Below, in pieces: positions 11,900 through 23,539 of a stretch of 36,385 nucleotides of DNA. The position numbers and the translations under genes are program-made. Position 1 is the first letter of the stretch. Every line of letters starts with the position of its first letter. The notes beneath the pieces were generated by a model, which saw only the letters and a list, made by a program, of their open reading frames with translations, had not been told where the DNA came from and made no database searches. The stretch is from Selaginella moellendorffii (Eukaryota > Plantae > Lycopodiophyta), in contig NW_003314420.1 of the NCBI RefSeq assembly GCF_000143415.4, positions 214,560-250,944 of the forward strand, read 5' to 3'.

Positions 11900-13950
11900 C
11901 AGGATGAAACTCAAAGACGAGAAGATACTCAAAGGCAGGCTTGCCAAGTACATTATAGAGGTTGTTTGTAAGTCCCAAATGTTTCTCATCACAGGTCTTT
12001 GGAGGACATGCATAGCTTTTATGACCATGGACCAAATGTTGAGAACAGCAGCATCATCAAGAAGAGTTGCAGTCTAGCATTTAATTTGTCTCACTTCTGG
12101 CACAAGACAATAAGGTTGTTAACAATAAGGTCTTCATTTATTTTTTAACTAAGTCCTGTTTGCATAGCAATGCAATGCATCAGGAGCTTGCTGGAAACTA
12201 TGATTTACAGAATTTCCAAGAAGGTATGAGATTCACGGTGATTACAGCAAGTAACTATCAGGTACACTTTTAGTGTTTTCGCTCATGGGTTGTGATCTCC
12301 CTTATCTTGAGTTTAGAGAAGCCTGCAAGCATCACCAGATTGTAAGAACTCAGCCAGCTATGTGTGTCTTTGGAGACTGCCATTATAAGTACTTTTTCTT
12401 TAAATTTTATATAACCTTCACTGCTATGGATTCTGTGAATGGCATTTTCAGGACTCCTCTTCCTCCATCTTTCTAAAATTAATGCAGACAATTTCAAGAT
12501 TGGGAATGTGCTGGATTCATAAGTCAAGCTTGCCATTGTGTATGTTCTTCAACAGGAAGTTGTCCAGGCCCAGTGTTCTTCTCTAGAAGGTTTTCCAGGC
12601 CTAAAGGGCAATGCAATGCTTTTGGTGGTAGGGATTCGTGTGTGAAACCAGACAACGTACTCCATGTTTGCCAAAAGCATTATAACCAATTGTGCTTTAG
12701 ATTGAAGGCTGCAAAATAAACTGGTCTTACTAATATGACTGCTTGGCCACTTCTCATTGAAAATACATGTTTATGAAAAGTTTGCTTCCCTATGTTTGTT
12801 AGCTAATGGTATTGGGCAAAGAAACTTTTAATCCGGATAATACTCTAAAGCTCTACTTACAGGTGGTGGAGTTATTGAAATCTGCTAACAACACTTGAGG
12901 TTATTGTTTGTCTTTTAAAAGTAATAATTGCTGCTGTGTAAGTCTATAAGGTATTTATAATGGGACTCATTGATATCTGGAAAGATCATACTTAAAGCTT
13001 AACTTTGTCCTTGCAATTTACATTTAAGGAAGATTGAGTAATTAAAAACTATTCACTCCATAAAGAGGGAAATTGATTATAGATTAAAATTTAAAAAGAG
13101 TTATATTTTTTCAAAAGAAGATACACATTATCATGGATTATGATGTTGTATTGATGAACTTGGTCTTTTGTGGAATATCCTCCACCATACAAAATATTTA
13201 TTATATCCACATTACCTTCAATCTACCAATTGTCTAAAAATTATGAGAATACAAGGATATAAGCTTGAAAATTGATATATTCAGATAATTATTATATTTA
13301 TATATAAGGTATAAATAATTTAAAATATCAGGTGACAGAGAATTTAAGCTTGATGTAAAATTACAAAACACTATCTACATGAAAAAACATTTAATTATGT
13401 ACTTGAATTTATATGACAATAACTCTTGAAAGAAACTCCATGTATTTTCATATTACATTCAAATTCTAGAATTTACATTAGTGTTTTGAAGTTAGAAATT
13501 GGAAGGGAATGTTTCTGGTAGTGGTAGTAAGCTGTAAGTCTCTCTCATGAGTGATCTCTTCACATGAACACTGTATATGTGTTATTTTAACAGTTATAAT
13601 GTTATGCAAGATCTACATGAAAAAGGTAAAGTTGTAATCTATGCTTTTTTTCACTAGACTTAAGTGGTTTTTAGATCAAAGCATGCGATACCAAGCTGTG
13701 CTAAGATGAAAGCAAAGTAAACCCAGGCTTTTGTGCAAACAAATCAAAGAAGAATAAACATTTAACATGCAAGCACAGGTGAAGGATACAGAGATAGCAA
13801 ACATGTGATGGTAAACGTCTAGGAATTTGAACTCAAACATTCACTAATGGAGAGTAGATCCTGTTTCCAGTCCCTTTTTTTTAAATTATCAATATTTCAA
13901 GGATATGACTACTAAGTAGTTGAAGAGGGACCTTGGTTTTTATCTATTTT
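11900..13950 (+). pseudogene. Unidentified degraded exon/intron fragments fused downstream of the P450
   Basis: Short GT..AG-flanked exon-like pieces (MKLKDEKILKGRLAKYIIE, NAMHQELAGNYDLQNFQE, LMVLGKETFNPDNTLKLYLQVVELLKS). Most are also present in the duplicate. No family recognised. Confidence 0.35.
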
Positions 13951-14762
13951 GAAGTGCTTTGAAATAGATTAAAATCTTGTTTGCAATATTTCATATGAAG
14001 TGAAAATTTGTTTTTCTATATTGGGTGAGGATTTGGATGATAGATATGGTTTGTATTTGCTTTTTCATTCCTTCCTGATATACTAAATGGATATCATTGC
14101 AACACTGACTATTAGTGCCACTTATTCCTTTAATCTAAGGGCTCTATTCTATTTCTATGAGTAATCCATATAATTGTAAAAATTTGTCTTTATTTTTGAA
14201 ACTAATTTTTAAATTTTGTTATAGTTAAATTTGCAAGATTTATAGTACTTGAGGCAATGAGAATCTTGGCCAATGGATTGATTATGCCATCACTAGATGC
14301 AGAAGGAAAATTCTTGCTTGAGCCATGTGGATAGTGGTGATGGCCAACAAGGAAGATAACATGATTTATTAATATTATTTTATGAATATAATGCAGCAGC
14401 CTAGAGAGTTCAATTTCTGAGCACCGTGACTTATCCTATGATGGGAAATACAGCAAAATAACAAAATGGTATGCATCCATCCCTCTATCAGTTCAAGTTC
14501 ATTGATTTTCACATGCCAACACTAGGTGAAGATTGTGTGAGGATATGATTGTTGAGACATGTTAATTGCCATAACAACAATCTTGAATTGAAACAAGAGA
14601 AGGCTTCTAACTCCTAAGCTACTATTGTCCATTGCCTTACAGTTAGTATGTAGAGTGATGTAATAGAAGCCATTGGAGACTTTGCATGCTTACTTTGAAC
14701 CTGTACTTTATTTATCAAGTTCTTGTGTGCTTAGTAGTTTTTATCTCTTTTTTTCAATTTCT

Positions 14763-15208
14763 NNNNNNNNNNNNNNNNNNNNNNNNNNNNNNNNNNNNNN
14801 NNNNNNNNNNNNNNNNNNNNNNNNNNNNNNNNNNNNNNNNNNNNNNNNNNNNNNNNNNNNNNNNNNNNNNNNNNNNNNNNNNNNNNNNNNNNNNNNNNNN
14901 NNNNNNNNNNNNNNNNNNNNNNNNNNNNNNNNNNNNNNNNNNNNNNNNNNNNNNNNNNNNNNNNNNNNNNNNNNNNNNNNNNNNNNNNNNNNNNNNNNNN
15001 NNNNNNNNNNNNNNNNNNNNNNNNNNNNNNNNNNNNNNNNNNNNNNNNNNNNNNNNNNNNNNNNNNNNNNNNNNNNNNNNNNNNNNNNNNNNNNNNNNNN
15101 NNNNNNNNNNNNNNNNNNNNNNNNNNNNNNNNNNNNNNNNNNNNNNNNNNNNNNNNNNNNNNNNNNNNNNNNNNNNNNNNNNNNNNNNNNNNNNNNNNNN
15201 NNNNNNNN
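14763..15208. other. Assembly gap (446 N)
   Basis: Run of n. Confidence 1.
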
Positions 15209-16746
15209 TTTTCCTTCAATAGTTTCACGTGTTAAAAAGGTCTAAAACCCAGGAAGGTGTTGCTGGTTTACCTAGCAGTAGGATGATCGACTTGTATTCT
15301 ACTGCAGCAAGCCCATCCATCTACTGCAGCAAGAGCTCTCAGTGTTGAAAAAATAAACTAAGTTTTGCATAGGTATAGACTGCCATACCAAAGGCTCCCA
15401 AACTCCATTCAAGTATGCATCACAAATCTATGATCACAATGGTAATATTTCATCATGCAACAGTTGAAGTTTGAGACCTAGAGGATGAGAATGTGTATTA
15501 GACCGAGCCTCCACCAGTAAAAGGTGGCACATTGTGAAATAGATGAGGAAAATATTTTTTCTGTTAAATACTAATTTAGTAATAACAGTTTAGTTTTAGC
15601 TAGAAACATACATTATTTGAGAAGAAACATTTCTTGATTAATTACTGTTCTAAAATTCATATTAAAAAAATATAATATAAAATATAAAAATTTAATATTT
15701 ATATTTTATGATAATTCATGTTTGTATTTATACTTTTAATTGTGTTCACATTCAATTCTTATTACATTTTTAATACAGGCAATTTATGTAATTTCAAATA
15801 TATCCTCTATTTATTTCCTTATGTATTATATCTATTTTTTGGGATTCATGTAATGTTTCTCAACATAAATCTGCATTTAGATAATCTCAAACTAATTCAT
15901 AATCATGGTAAAAACAATATAGCAGTTGTATTTTAATTATTAGAGGTGGGAGAACTATGAGAAAACAACACATTCCTGATCCTTTTTATGCTACCCTAGA
16001 ATTACCTAGGATAGTTTTTAAATTATAAATAAGATATTAATCTAAATAAATAAAAAGATAACAAAAAAGCAGCAATATATATTAAAAAGAATTATAAATA
16101 TCAAGCTATATGTTTTGGTATAAACATACTTTTACAAATTAATGTAATGACAAGATATGTAATATTTAAATATGGTTATTATTAATATTGTGCACTTGTC
16201 ATTAGATATTTGTCAAATATATTATTTTTATTTGGAATATGAAAAAGAAATAGCAAAAGAACCTTCTTATAATGTCAAATCTAATATTAAATCCTATATA
16301 ATCCTAACTCTTTTCTTAATAACTGTTGGAGGAGGAGCTGCTTGGACACCACTGCCAATTTCTTAGAGAATTTCATCTCACTCTTATGTCACTACTACTG
16401 TTGGAATTGGTGATTTCTTGAATGATTTGTGAAGCAAATTTTAGTTCTATTAAGATAGAGTTATAACACTATCAAGATGGATATTGAAATATATTAGAAC
16501 AAACTTATTATTTTTAGCTAAATTGTTTTGATATGAAATAGTTCTTAACAATTATTGTTTTCTGTATTGTCCAGCGGAGATGGATTCCCTTAACTTTGAA
16601 TTTTCAATAGTGATTTATTAATCAGTGAGGACACAAATATGTATAAAGTTCATGTATCTCACATGCAGCACAGAATAAATCTCCCTTTCATATGGGGACC
16701 AAACCCTCAATATTTCCATGTAATTTATTTTCTTCTGTAACACTTA

Positions 16747-16854
16747 TGTAATTAGCAGTTTGGTGCCATTACATAAAGCATTTCTTACATCAAGATTATG
16801 TAATAGCATTGCAATGCTTCTTTTTTAAATATTTAATTTATGTGGAGGCAAGTT
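16747..16854 (-). mobile_element. Second Helitron/PIF1 helicase remnant, antisense, not in ORF track
   Basis: The minus strand translates NLPPHKLNI*KRSIAMLLHNLDVRNALCNGTKLLIT, matching the Helitron/PIF1 motif LPPHxLxLKxGxxVMLLRNLDxxxGLCNGTRL. Confidence 0.85.
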
Positions 16855-18204
16855 CGTGCAAATAATGGTATCCTATGATCACAATCTCCTATTTCAATAG
16901 TCCAAGCTAACACATTATTGCAAATGAGAGAAGATGAGACTTTGTAGTAAGCCATTACAGAATAGTGAATTTTGAATATTGAAAAATTAGAAGTTGATAG
17001 TTAAAGATGGATTTTAGAAAAAAAAATGGATTTGGTATTTGAAGCAGGAAAGAATAAGGAAGGTTTCTAATCTATGAAAAACATATTAGTATTTATATCA
17101 GAAAGTAATTTGTTTATTGCTATTTAGAGAAATATTTGGTGATGTAAATATTCCAAACATGCAATTTTTAAGGATATCTCAAAAATGTCATTATTTTTGT
17201 AGAAAACTCTACTCTTGAAGACTTAAGAAAATTATTCTCATTTATAAATATCCTCAAAAAATATCAAGCTTAAAATGAATATAAATCCCAGCTGTATATA
17301 TGTTAATTTTAACTTCTTTAATAATTCCTTTTAGGAAATATTTTTATTTTTTATTATATGTTGATTATTATTTTACATTATAATTTAAAAACAAATATAT
17401 AAAATATCATTATATTATTGGTGTATATTATAATATATTAGATCTAAGTTTATTTTTTAATTTTTATGTTCTTTATAATCAAAGTATCCACAATCTAATT
17501 TAGAGAATGAAGAATTAGAGAGGTAAAAATCAATATTAACACTTTATTTATAAATGATAATCTTGATACAACAATGTATATTATTTTTAAAAAAACTTAA
17601 GAACAACCTCTTTTTTTTTCAAAACCTAAAGCTCGGGCTGTGTAGCTTGAAGGCAAGCTCTCTGGCTGCTGCCACCACATCAGCATGGCCATAGTGAGGA
17701 GTTAACGATGAGATTTCATGCCTTACTGTGTCAGACAAATGATCCAACCCTGTGTAGAGTATCAAACTTGTAGGAAATGAGTACTACTTATATGAACAAC
17801 CCTGAAAATCAGTGTTGGCAAGGATGCATCCATGTCCCAGGCCATTGATAAGAAGATCCTTTGGTGTTTCAATCCCACAAACAGCAACAACAACCAAACA
17901 ACCAACTTGAGTTCCTTCAACTCAATCAGAAAGTAGACTATCTCTCAGTTTCTCTGAGTGACCAAGTCAACTTGCAGGGAGACTTGTGATGCTACAAATA
18001 TTAAACCTGGTGAATCAATCCTTTTAAGAGTGCCTTGGCTGGGAATTGAGTAGCATGTGCATGCATGGCCTTGCCACCAGTTTTCACCATCTATGCTCGG
18101 GTTATGTAAGCTCCTGAATTTAGACTTCCCAGAGAGGTCACCCAACCTAGTACTCCTTTATTTAAAAGTGTTATTGGCATATGGCATCTGGTGTCTTTTA
18201 TTCG

Positions 18205-18373
18205 ATTGCAGCTCACAATCTGCCTGGACGCCCTAAAAGATTCACTTGATTTGGAGGGTCATTCAATTCAAAATTGAAGCATTGCCACCCCTTTGGCACT
18301 CAATCTATTTGAAGTTTTTGAATTTGAACCGTTAGATTATAAGCATATTCACAAATAATATTCTAAAAATGGA
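18205..18373 (-). repeat. ~170-bp inverted repeat, left arm (partner 19800-19976)
   Basis: TTGAATTTGAACCGTTAGATTATAAGCATATTCACAAATAATATTCTAAAAATGGA is the near-exact reverse complement of TCCATTTTTAAAATATTATTTGTGAATATGCTTATAATCTAACGGTTCAAATTCGA. Similarity extends to ATTGCAGCTC / GAGCTACAAT. Confidence 0.9.
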
Positions 18374-18435
18374 TCTCTCTTTCTCTCTCTGTCTCTATCT
18401 CTGTGTCTGTGGTGGTGAACGCAGCAGTGGGAGTG

Positions 18436-18540
18436 GAGGTACCCTTTTCGGAAGGCTGGATCGTTGATTGCTCGTCGCCATTCGTGACACACGCACAGGT
18501 CAATGGTGGACAGTCTGAAGAACATGATCTCCAGCTTCGT
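18436..18540 (-). pseudogene. Isolated F-box domain fragment
   Basis: LEIMFFRLSTIDLCVCHEWRRAINDPAFRKGYL fits the F-box pattern EILxRL..L..CVCKxWxxxIxDPxF, with a small internal deletion. It is followed by CT-rich simple sequence. Confidence 0.7.
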
Positions 18541-18560
18541 GACAACTTCCCCACTGGCTG

Positions 18561-18888
18561 ATGCTCCTGGATTTCTCATCCTGTCACGCCAAGGGCTTGC
18601 AACAAGATTCCCATCGTGTGTATGGACCTAGGTTTCAATCTGATCTCTCATTTCTCTTGATCTCTGAGGGTAACTTGGTTCTTGTTGCGCATGAGCGAGT
18701 AGTATGTTTGGGAGTTGAAGATTTTTTTTCTTTTATTCGTGTCCAGAAAACCAACGACCTTTGGGCTAAACACTCTAAAGTCGTTTATCTAAACTCTTGG
18801 GATGCTATTAGAAAGGTTCATAAGCCTATGTTTAATCTGATGACTTCTCCAGTTTTGTTGTTTGTTTTAAATGCAGACTCAAACTAGT
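18561..18888 (+). repeat. ~330-bp direct repeat copy 1 (partner 19417-19750)
   Basis: TGCTCC(T/C)GGATTTCTCATCC ... TCAAACTAGT is colinear in both copies. Confidence 0.92.
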
Positions 18889-19037
18889 GGCGAGAAACTG
18901 ACTCCACCATTTTCGGCCTGTCAAGTCTCTTGGTTTTGGTGACACAGGAAGGTGAGTTTTTTCAGAGTTGTTTCTTATATATGGGATTAAAAAGCCGTTT
19001 TTGTGATGCAAGTGTACAATCCCTCCTGTTCGCCATG
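18747..19037 (+). pseudogene. PHOT: Phototropin gene fragment (post-LOV2 linker and start of the AGC kinase domain), introns retained
   Basis: Exon 18747-18815 KTNDLWAKHSKVVY..NSWDAIRK, a 61-bp GT-AG intron, exon 18877-18951 TQTSGEKLT(fs)HHFRPVKSLGFGDTG(S), an intron, then SV...LLFAM. Phototropin reads PEDLWANHSKVVHPKPH..WIAIQKVLESGEPIGLKHFKPVKPLGSGDTGSVHLVEL..QLFAMK. Confidence 0.88.
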
Positions 19038-19416
19038 TTGTGTGTGCCAGTCTTGTCAAAGTAAAAAAAAATTATACTCACTCAGTGGTCATGTCATTGT
19101 TTCACATGAATTTGGAAGATCAAGAAACTGCGACTTTTATGGTATGTTTTCTCTTTCTTGTGTTGTTCTTGTTGACGATTTCTATAGGCCAGAGATATGC
19201 TCTGAGGTTTGGAGGTGACAGTGTTGTCAAGACATGATGCAACTGCAGACCTGGTTCAGATGTACGCATATACTCAGTGCTTCTTTACATGTGAGGTGTG
19301 AGGTATGGTTTGTGTTCATCGTTCCATTGCACATATTTTACTGCCTCTTATTATGTACAATAAAGAGTACGTGCTTGGGCAGCTCATATACGTTCAAGCA
19401 ATGAAGAGACTGCCTA

Positions 19417-19750
19417 GTGCTCCCGGATTTCTCATCCTATCACGCCAAGGGCTTCCACCAAGATTCCTAGCGAGCATATGGATCTACGTTTTATGATGAT
19501 CTCTCATTTCTCTTGATCTCTGTGGCTAACTTGGTTCTTGTTGTGCAGGAGCGAGTAACAGAGGGCTGTTTGGGAGTTCAAGATTTTTTTTCTTTTGCTC
19601 GTGTCTAGACAACCAACAACCTTTGGGCTAAACACTCTAAAGTCGTTTATCTAAACTCTTGGGATGCTATTAGAAAGATTCATAAGCTTATGTTTAGTCT
19701 GATGACTTCTCCAGTTTTCTTGCTTGTTTCAAATGCAGATTCAAACTAGT
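19417..19750 (+). repeat. ~330-bp direct repeat copy 2, containing a second, shorter phototropin fragment (19609-19750)
   Basis: TTNNLWAKHSKVVYLNSWDAIRK, with the donor mutated GT>AT at 19678. The next exon, IQTS, is truncated at CTAGT. Confidence 0.9.
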
Positions 19751-19799
19751 ACTCCTTTATTAAAAGTGCTATTGGCATATGGCATCTGGCATCTTTTAT

Positions 19800-19976
19800 T
19801 CCATTTTTAAAATATTATTTGTGAATATGCTTATAATCTAACGGTTCAAATTCGAAAACTTCAAATAGATGGCATAGATCAAGTGCCAAAAGGGTGGCAA
19901 CGCTTCAATGTGATTTTAGTGACGCTCCAAATCAAGTGAATTTTTTTAGGGCGATCGGGCAGATTTGAGCTACAAT
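19800..19976 (+). repeat. ~170-bp inverted repeat, right arm (partner 18205-18373)
   Basis: Reverse-complement similarity to 18205-18373. Confidence 0.9.
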
Positions 19977-20314
19977 GTGTGTGTGTGGATATCACCATTC
20001 TTCTTGTTCTCTCACAGAAGTGCACACCCTGAATGCCATCACCAGCAAGAGATACTCTTAACATGGTGGGATAAAATCCTAAAATTTTGTGTTGTATAGC
20101 TTTTTTACAGTTTTGGAGCTGATTGATATATCCAGTGTTTGCTCAAAATTTCCCAGCGAGGAGCACACTGGCAATGCAGCAGCTTACACTGGCACTCTCA
20201 AGTTATCGTGACTATCAATCAGATGCCATAGCTGAGCACCAACGCCATACCATTTTAGAGGTTCTTCCTCCTCGAAGTTGTCCAGATAGCCAGCTGAGTA
20301 AATCCCATGCTGTT

Positions 20315-21075
20315 GACTGGGAATCCACAGCAGCGTGGCAGTCACTACCTTCCTGACATTCTCGAGTTTACTCAACAAGTGGTACCATGAGCCGGTGCTC
20401 AAGCTGGGACAGCCTCCACTTCCAGAGGCTTCAACTCTGGAAGACCGACTACATTATAAAGTTGAGTGATCGCTTTTTCTTGGTTTCAGGTACAATCGAG
20501 TGGGTTTTTACAAGGCGTTTCTGTTCTAGCAGCCTACCGTCCTGATGCCACACTAGAGGCATGCAAATTTGTAAAGACAGATTTGAGACAGGATGGCCGG
20601 ACAGCACTGTTGCGCTCATGGGACGAAATTTGTTTGCGGGGTTAACTGGAAAGAGCCACTTGAAGCTCCAAGACCGCTGTGAATAATCCCAAAGCTCTCA
20701 AACAGTATGTGCCCCTAATCATCAACAATATAAAAGCATGCCTTGTGAGGTGGTTTATGCAGGATAAGGTCGTTCTTCTTACTGAGATGAGAAGGGTAAG
20801 CAGTCGTCTTAGTTTTCTTGTTGACACTGGTTTTTCTGATATGAAAGTTCACGTTTCTAACTGACATCAAAAGGATGCACTACCTATCTAGTGTCAGTGC
20901 TGGCCATTTTCCCCTGTTTGTTGTTCCAAAATTTCCTTGAAAAGTGTGTGCGTGCGTGTTTTGGTTTATTTCCTTGGCCAAGGGGCTTTTGTTCAAAATG
21001 AAAACCAGCTGCAACTTGCAAATATTTCTCCAATGGTTCTTTAGAAGAGCCTTGTTGGACGTCGAGTTTAATGGT
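20315..21075 (+). pseudogene. CYP88: Second, more deleted CYP88/KAO-like P450 pseudogene
   Basis: LLNKWYHEPVLKLGQPPLP, FETGWPDSTVALMGRNLFAGL, VNNPKALKQYVPLIINNIKACLVRW, then jumps to YLSS and RRALLDVEFNG. The I-helix and heme exons are absent. Confidence 0.85.
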
Positions 21076-21638
21076 GAGTCTGCATCTTCTCTCAAGTGAC
21101 CAAATGATGAAAACAGCAGCATCATCAAGAAGAGTTGCAGTCTAGCATTTAATTTTTCTCATTTCTGGCACAAGACAATAAGGTTGTTAAGGTTGTTAAC
21201 AATAAGGTCTCCATTTAATTTTTAACTAAGTCCTGTTTGCGCAGCAATGCAATGCATCAGGAGCTTGCTGGAAACTATGATTTACTGAATTTCCAGGAAG
21301 GTATGAGATTCATGCTGATTACAGCAAGTAACTATCAGGTACACCTTTAGTGTTCTCGCTCATGGGTCGTGATCTCCCTTATCTTGAGTTTAGAGAAGCC
21401 TGCAAGCATCACCAGATTGTAAGAACTCAGCCAACTATGTGTGTCTTTGGAGACTGCCATTATAAGTACTTTTTCTTTAAATTTTATATAACCTTCACTG
21501 CTATGGATTCTGTGAATGGCATTTTTAGGACCCCATGTTCCTCCTCTTCCTCCATCTTTCTAAAATTAATGCAGACAATTTCAAGATTGGCAATGTGCTG
21601 AAATCATAAGTCAAGCTTGCCATTGTGTATGTTCTTCA

Positions 21639-21749
21639 NNNNNNNNNNNNNNNNNNNNNNNNNNNNNNNNNNNNNNNNNNNNNNNNNNNNNNNNNNNNNN
21701 NNNNNNNNNNNNNNNNNNNNNNNNNNNNNNNNNNNNNNNNNNNNNNNNN
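21639..21749. other. Assembly gap (111 N)
   Basis: Run of n. Confidence 1.
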
Positions 21750-23539
21750 ACAACGTACTCCATGTTTGCCAAAAGCATTATAGCTTTAGATTGAAGGCTG
21801 CAAAATAAACTGGTCTTACTAATATGACTGCTTGGCCACTTCTCATGGAAAATACATGTTTATGAAAAGTTTCTTCCCTTATATGTAGTAAGGAAAAACA
21901 TTTTGGTACTATTGGTGTTTGGGAGCTAAAGGTATTGAGCAAAGAAACTTTTTATGGATAATAATCTAAAGCTCTACTTACAGGTGGTGGAGTTATGGAA
22001 ATCTGGTAACAACACTTGAGGTTATTGTTTGTATTTTAAAAGTAATAGTTGTTACTATGTAAGTCTATAAGGTATTCATAATGGGACTCATTGATATCTG
22101 GAAAGATCATACTTAAAGCTTTGTAGAAAAATTTTTCCTTACAATTTACATTTTAGGAAGATTGAGTAATTAAAAACTATTCACTCCAGAAAGAGGGAAA
22201 TTAATTATAGATTAAAATTTAAAAAGAGTTATTTTTTCAAAAGAAGATACAGATTACCATGGATTACGATGTTGCATTAATGAACTTGGTCTTGTGTGGC
22301 ACATCCTCCACTATACAAAATATCTATTATATCCACATTACCTCCAATCTACCAATTGTCTAAAAATTATGAGAATACAATGATATAAGCATGAAATTGA
22401 TATATTCATATATTAACTATATTTAAATATTAGGTACAAATAATTTAAAAAAATAGGATGACAGAAATTTTAAGCTTGATGTAAAATTACAAAAACACTA
22501 TCTACATGTAAAAAAATTAATTATGTACTTCTTGAATTTATATATGAATAACTCTTGAAAGAAACTCCATATTTTATTTTTATATTACATTCAAATTCTA
22601 GAATCTAGATTAGTGTTTCAAAGTTAAAAATTGGAAGGGAATGTTTTTGGCAGTGGTAGTAGGCTGTAAGTTTCTCTCACGAGTGATCTCTTCTCTATAT
22701 GAACACTGGGTGGGGTGTGGTTTTAACGGATAATAATATTATGCAAGAACTACAAGGAAAAAGGAAAAATGCTTTTTTCACTAGATTCTAAGTGGTTTTT
22801 AGATCAAAGCATGCAATACCAAGCTGTGCTAAGATGAGAGTAAAGTAAACCCAGGATTTTGCACAAACAAATTAAAGAAGAATGAACATTTAACATGCAA
22901 GTACAAGGTGAAGGATACAAAGATAGCAAACACGTACTTCTGGGAATTTTATCTCAAACATTCATTAATGGAGAATAGATCCTGTTTCCAATCCCATGTA
23001 GCAACTATTTTTTAAAATTATCAATATTTCAAGGATATAACACTACTAAGGTAGTTGAAGAGGGAACTTGGTTTTTATCTATTTCGAAGTGCTCTAAAAT
23101 AGATAAAAATCTTGGTTGCAACATTGTGCAAAAAAAATTTTTCTATATTGTGTGAGGATTTGGATGCTAGATATGAGTTTGATTTGCTTTTTCATTTCTT
23201 CCTGATATACCACAATGCATATATGCATAAAGTATCTGGGTTTTCATATAGTAATAGAAAGGATTAGACATGTTTGATACATGTTTTTCAAGATTTCTAA
23301 GTAGTTTCTTTATATACAAACATAAAATAATATAATTTTTCTTTTAAAAAATGGCTATTTTAAAAATAATGAAAAGGGAATGACTTTAAGGTCAATATAA
23401 ATAGTCAATGAATGAAACTTCAAAACAGTCTGATTTTGAATCACTTATTTCCAAACAAAGAAAACAAGTATGCACCTCTAGACTGAATTTTTTTTTGTCA
23501 TTACAACATATGTCTTATTGTCCCATATGTATTGTTGTA

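Larger units (their letters stand above)
10103..14090 (+). repeat. Segmental duplication copy 1 (paralog of 20069-23220)
   Basis: Colinear similarity runs from GGATAAAATCCTAAAATTTTGTGTTGTATAGC to TTCCTGATATAC in both copies, with many substitutions and indels. Example: ORFs 12273 and 21350 are nearly identical. Confidence 0.95.
20069..23220 (+). repeat. Segmental duplication copy 2 (paralog of 10103-14090)
   Basis: Colinear with copy 1 but lacks the equivalents of ~10852-11381 and ~11569-12031. Confidence 0.95.

Noticed and set aside
13115-13260. YHGL(R)CCI(D/N)ELGL resembling a Dicer-like helicase segment
   Set aside because: Too short, and the flanking exons do not match.
14673-15245. Long ORFs full of X (also 21617-21808)
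   Set aside because: Artefacts of N gaps.
18205-19976. Pack-MULE with ~170-bp TIRs
   Set aside because: No 8-11-bp TSD at the outer ends (CTTTTATTCG vs GTGTGTGTGT). The shared upstream head is better explained by an inversion within a duplicated unit.
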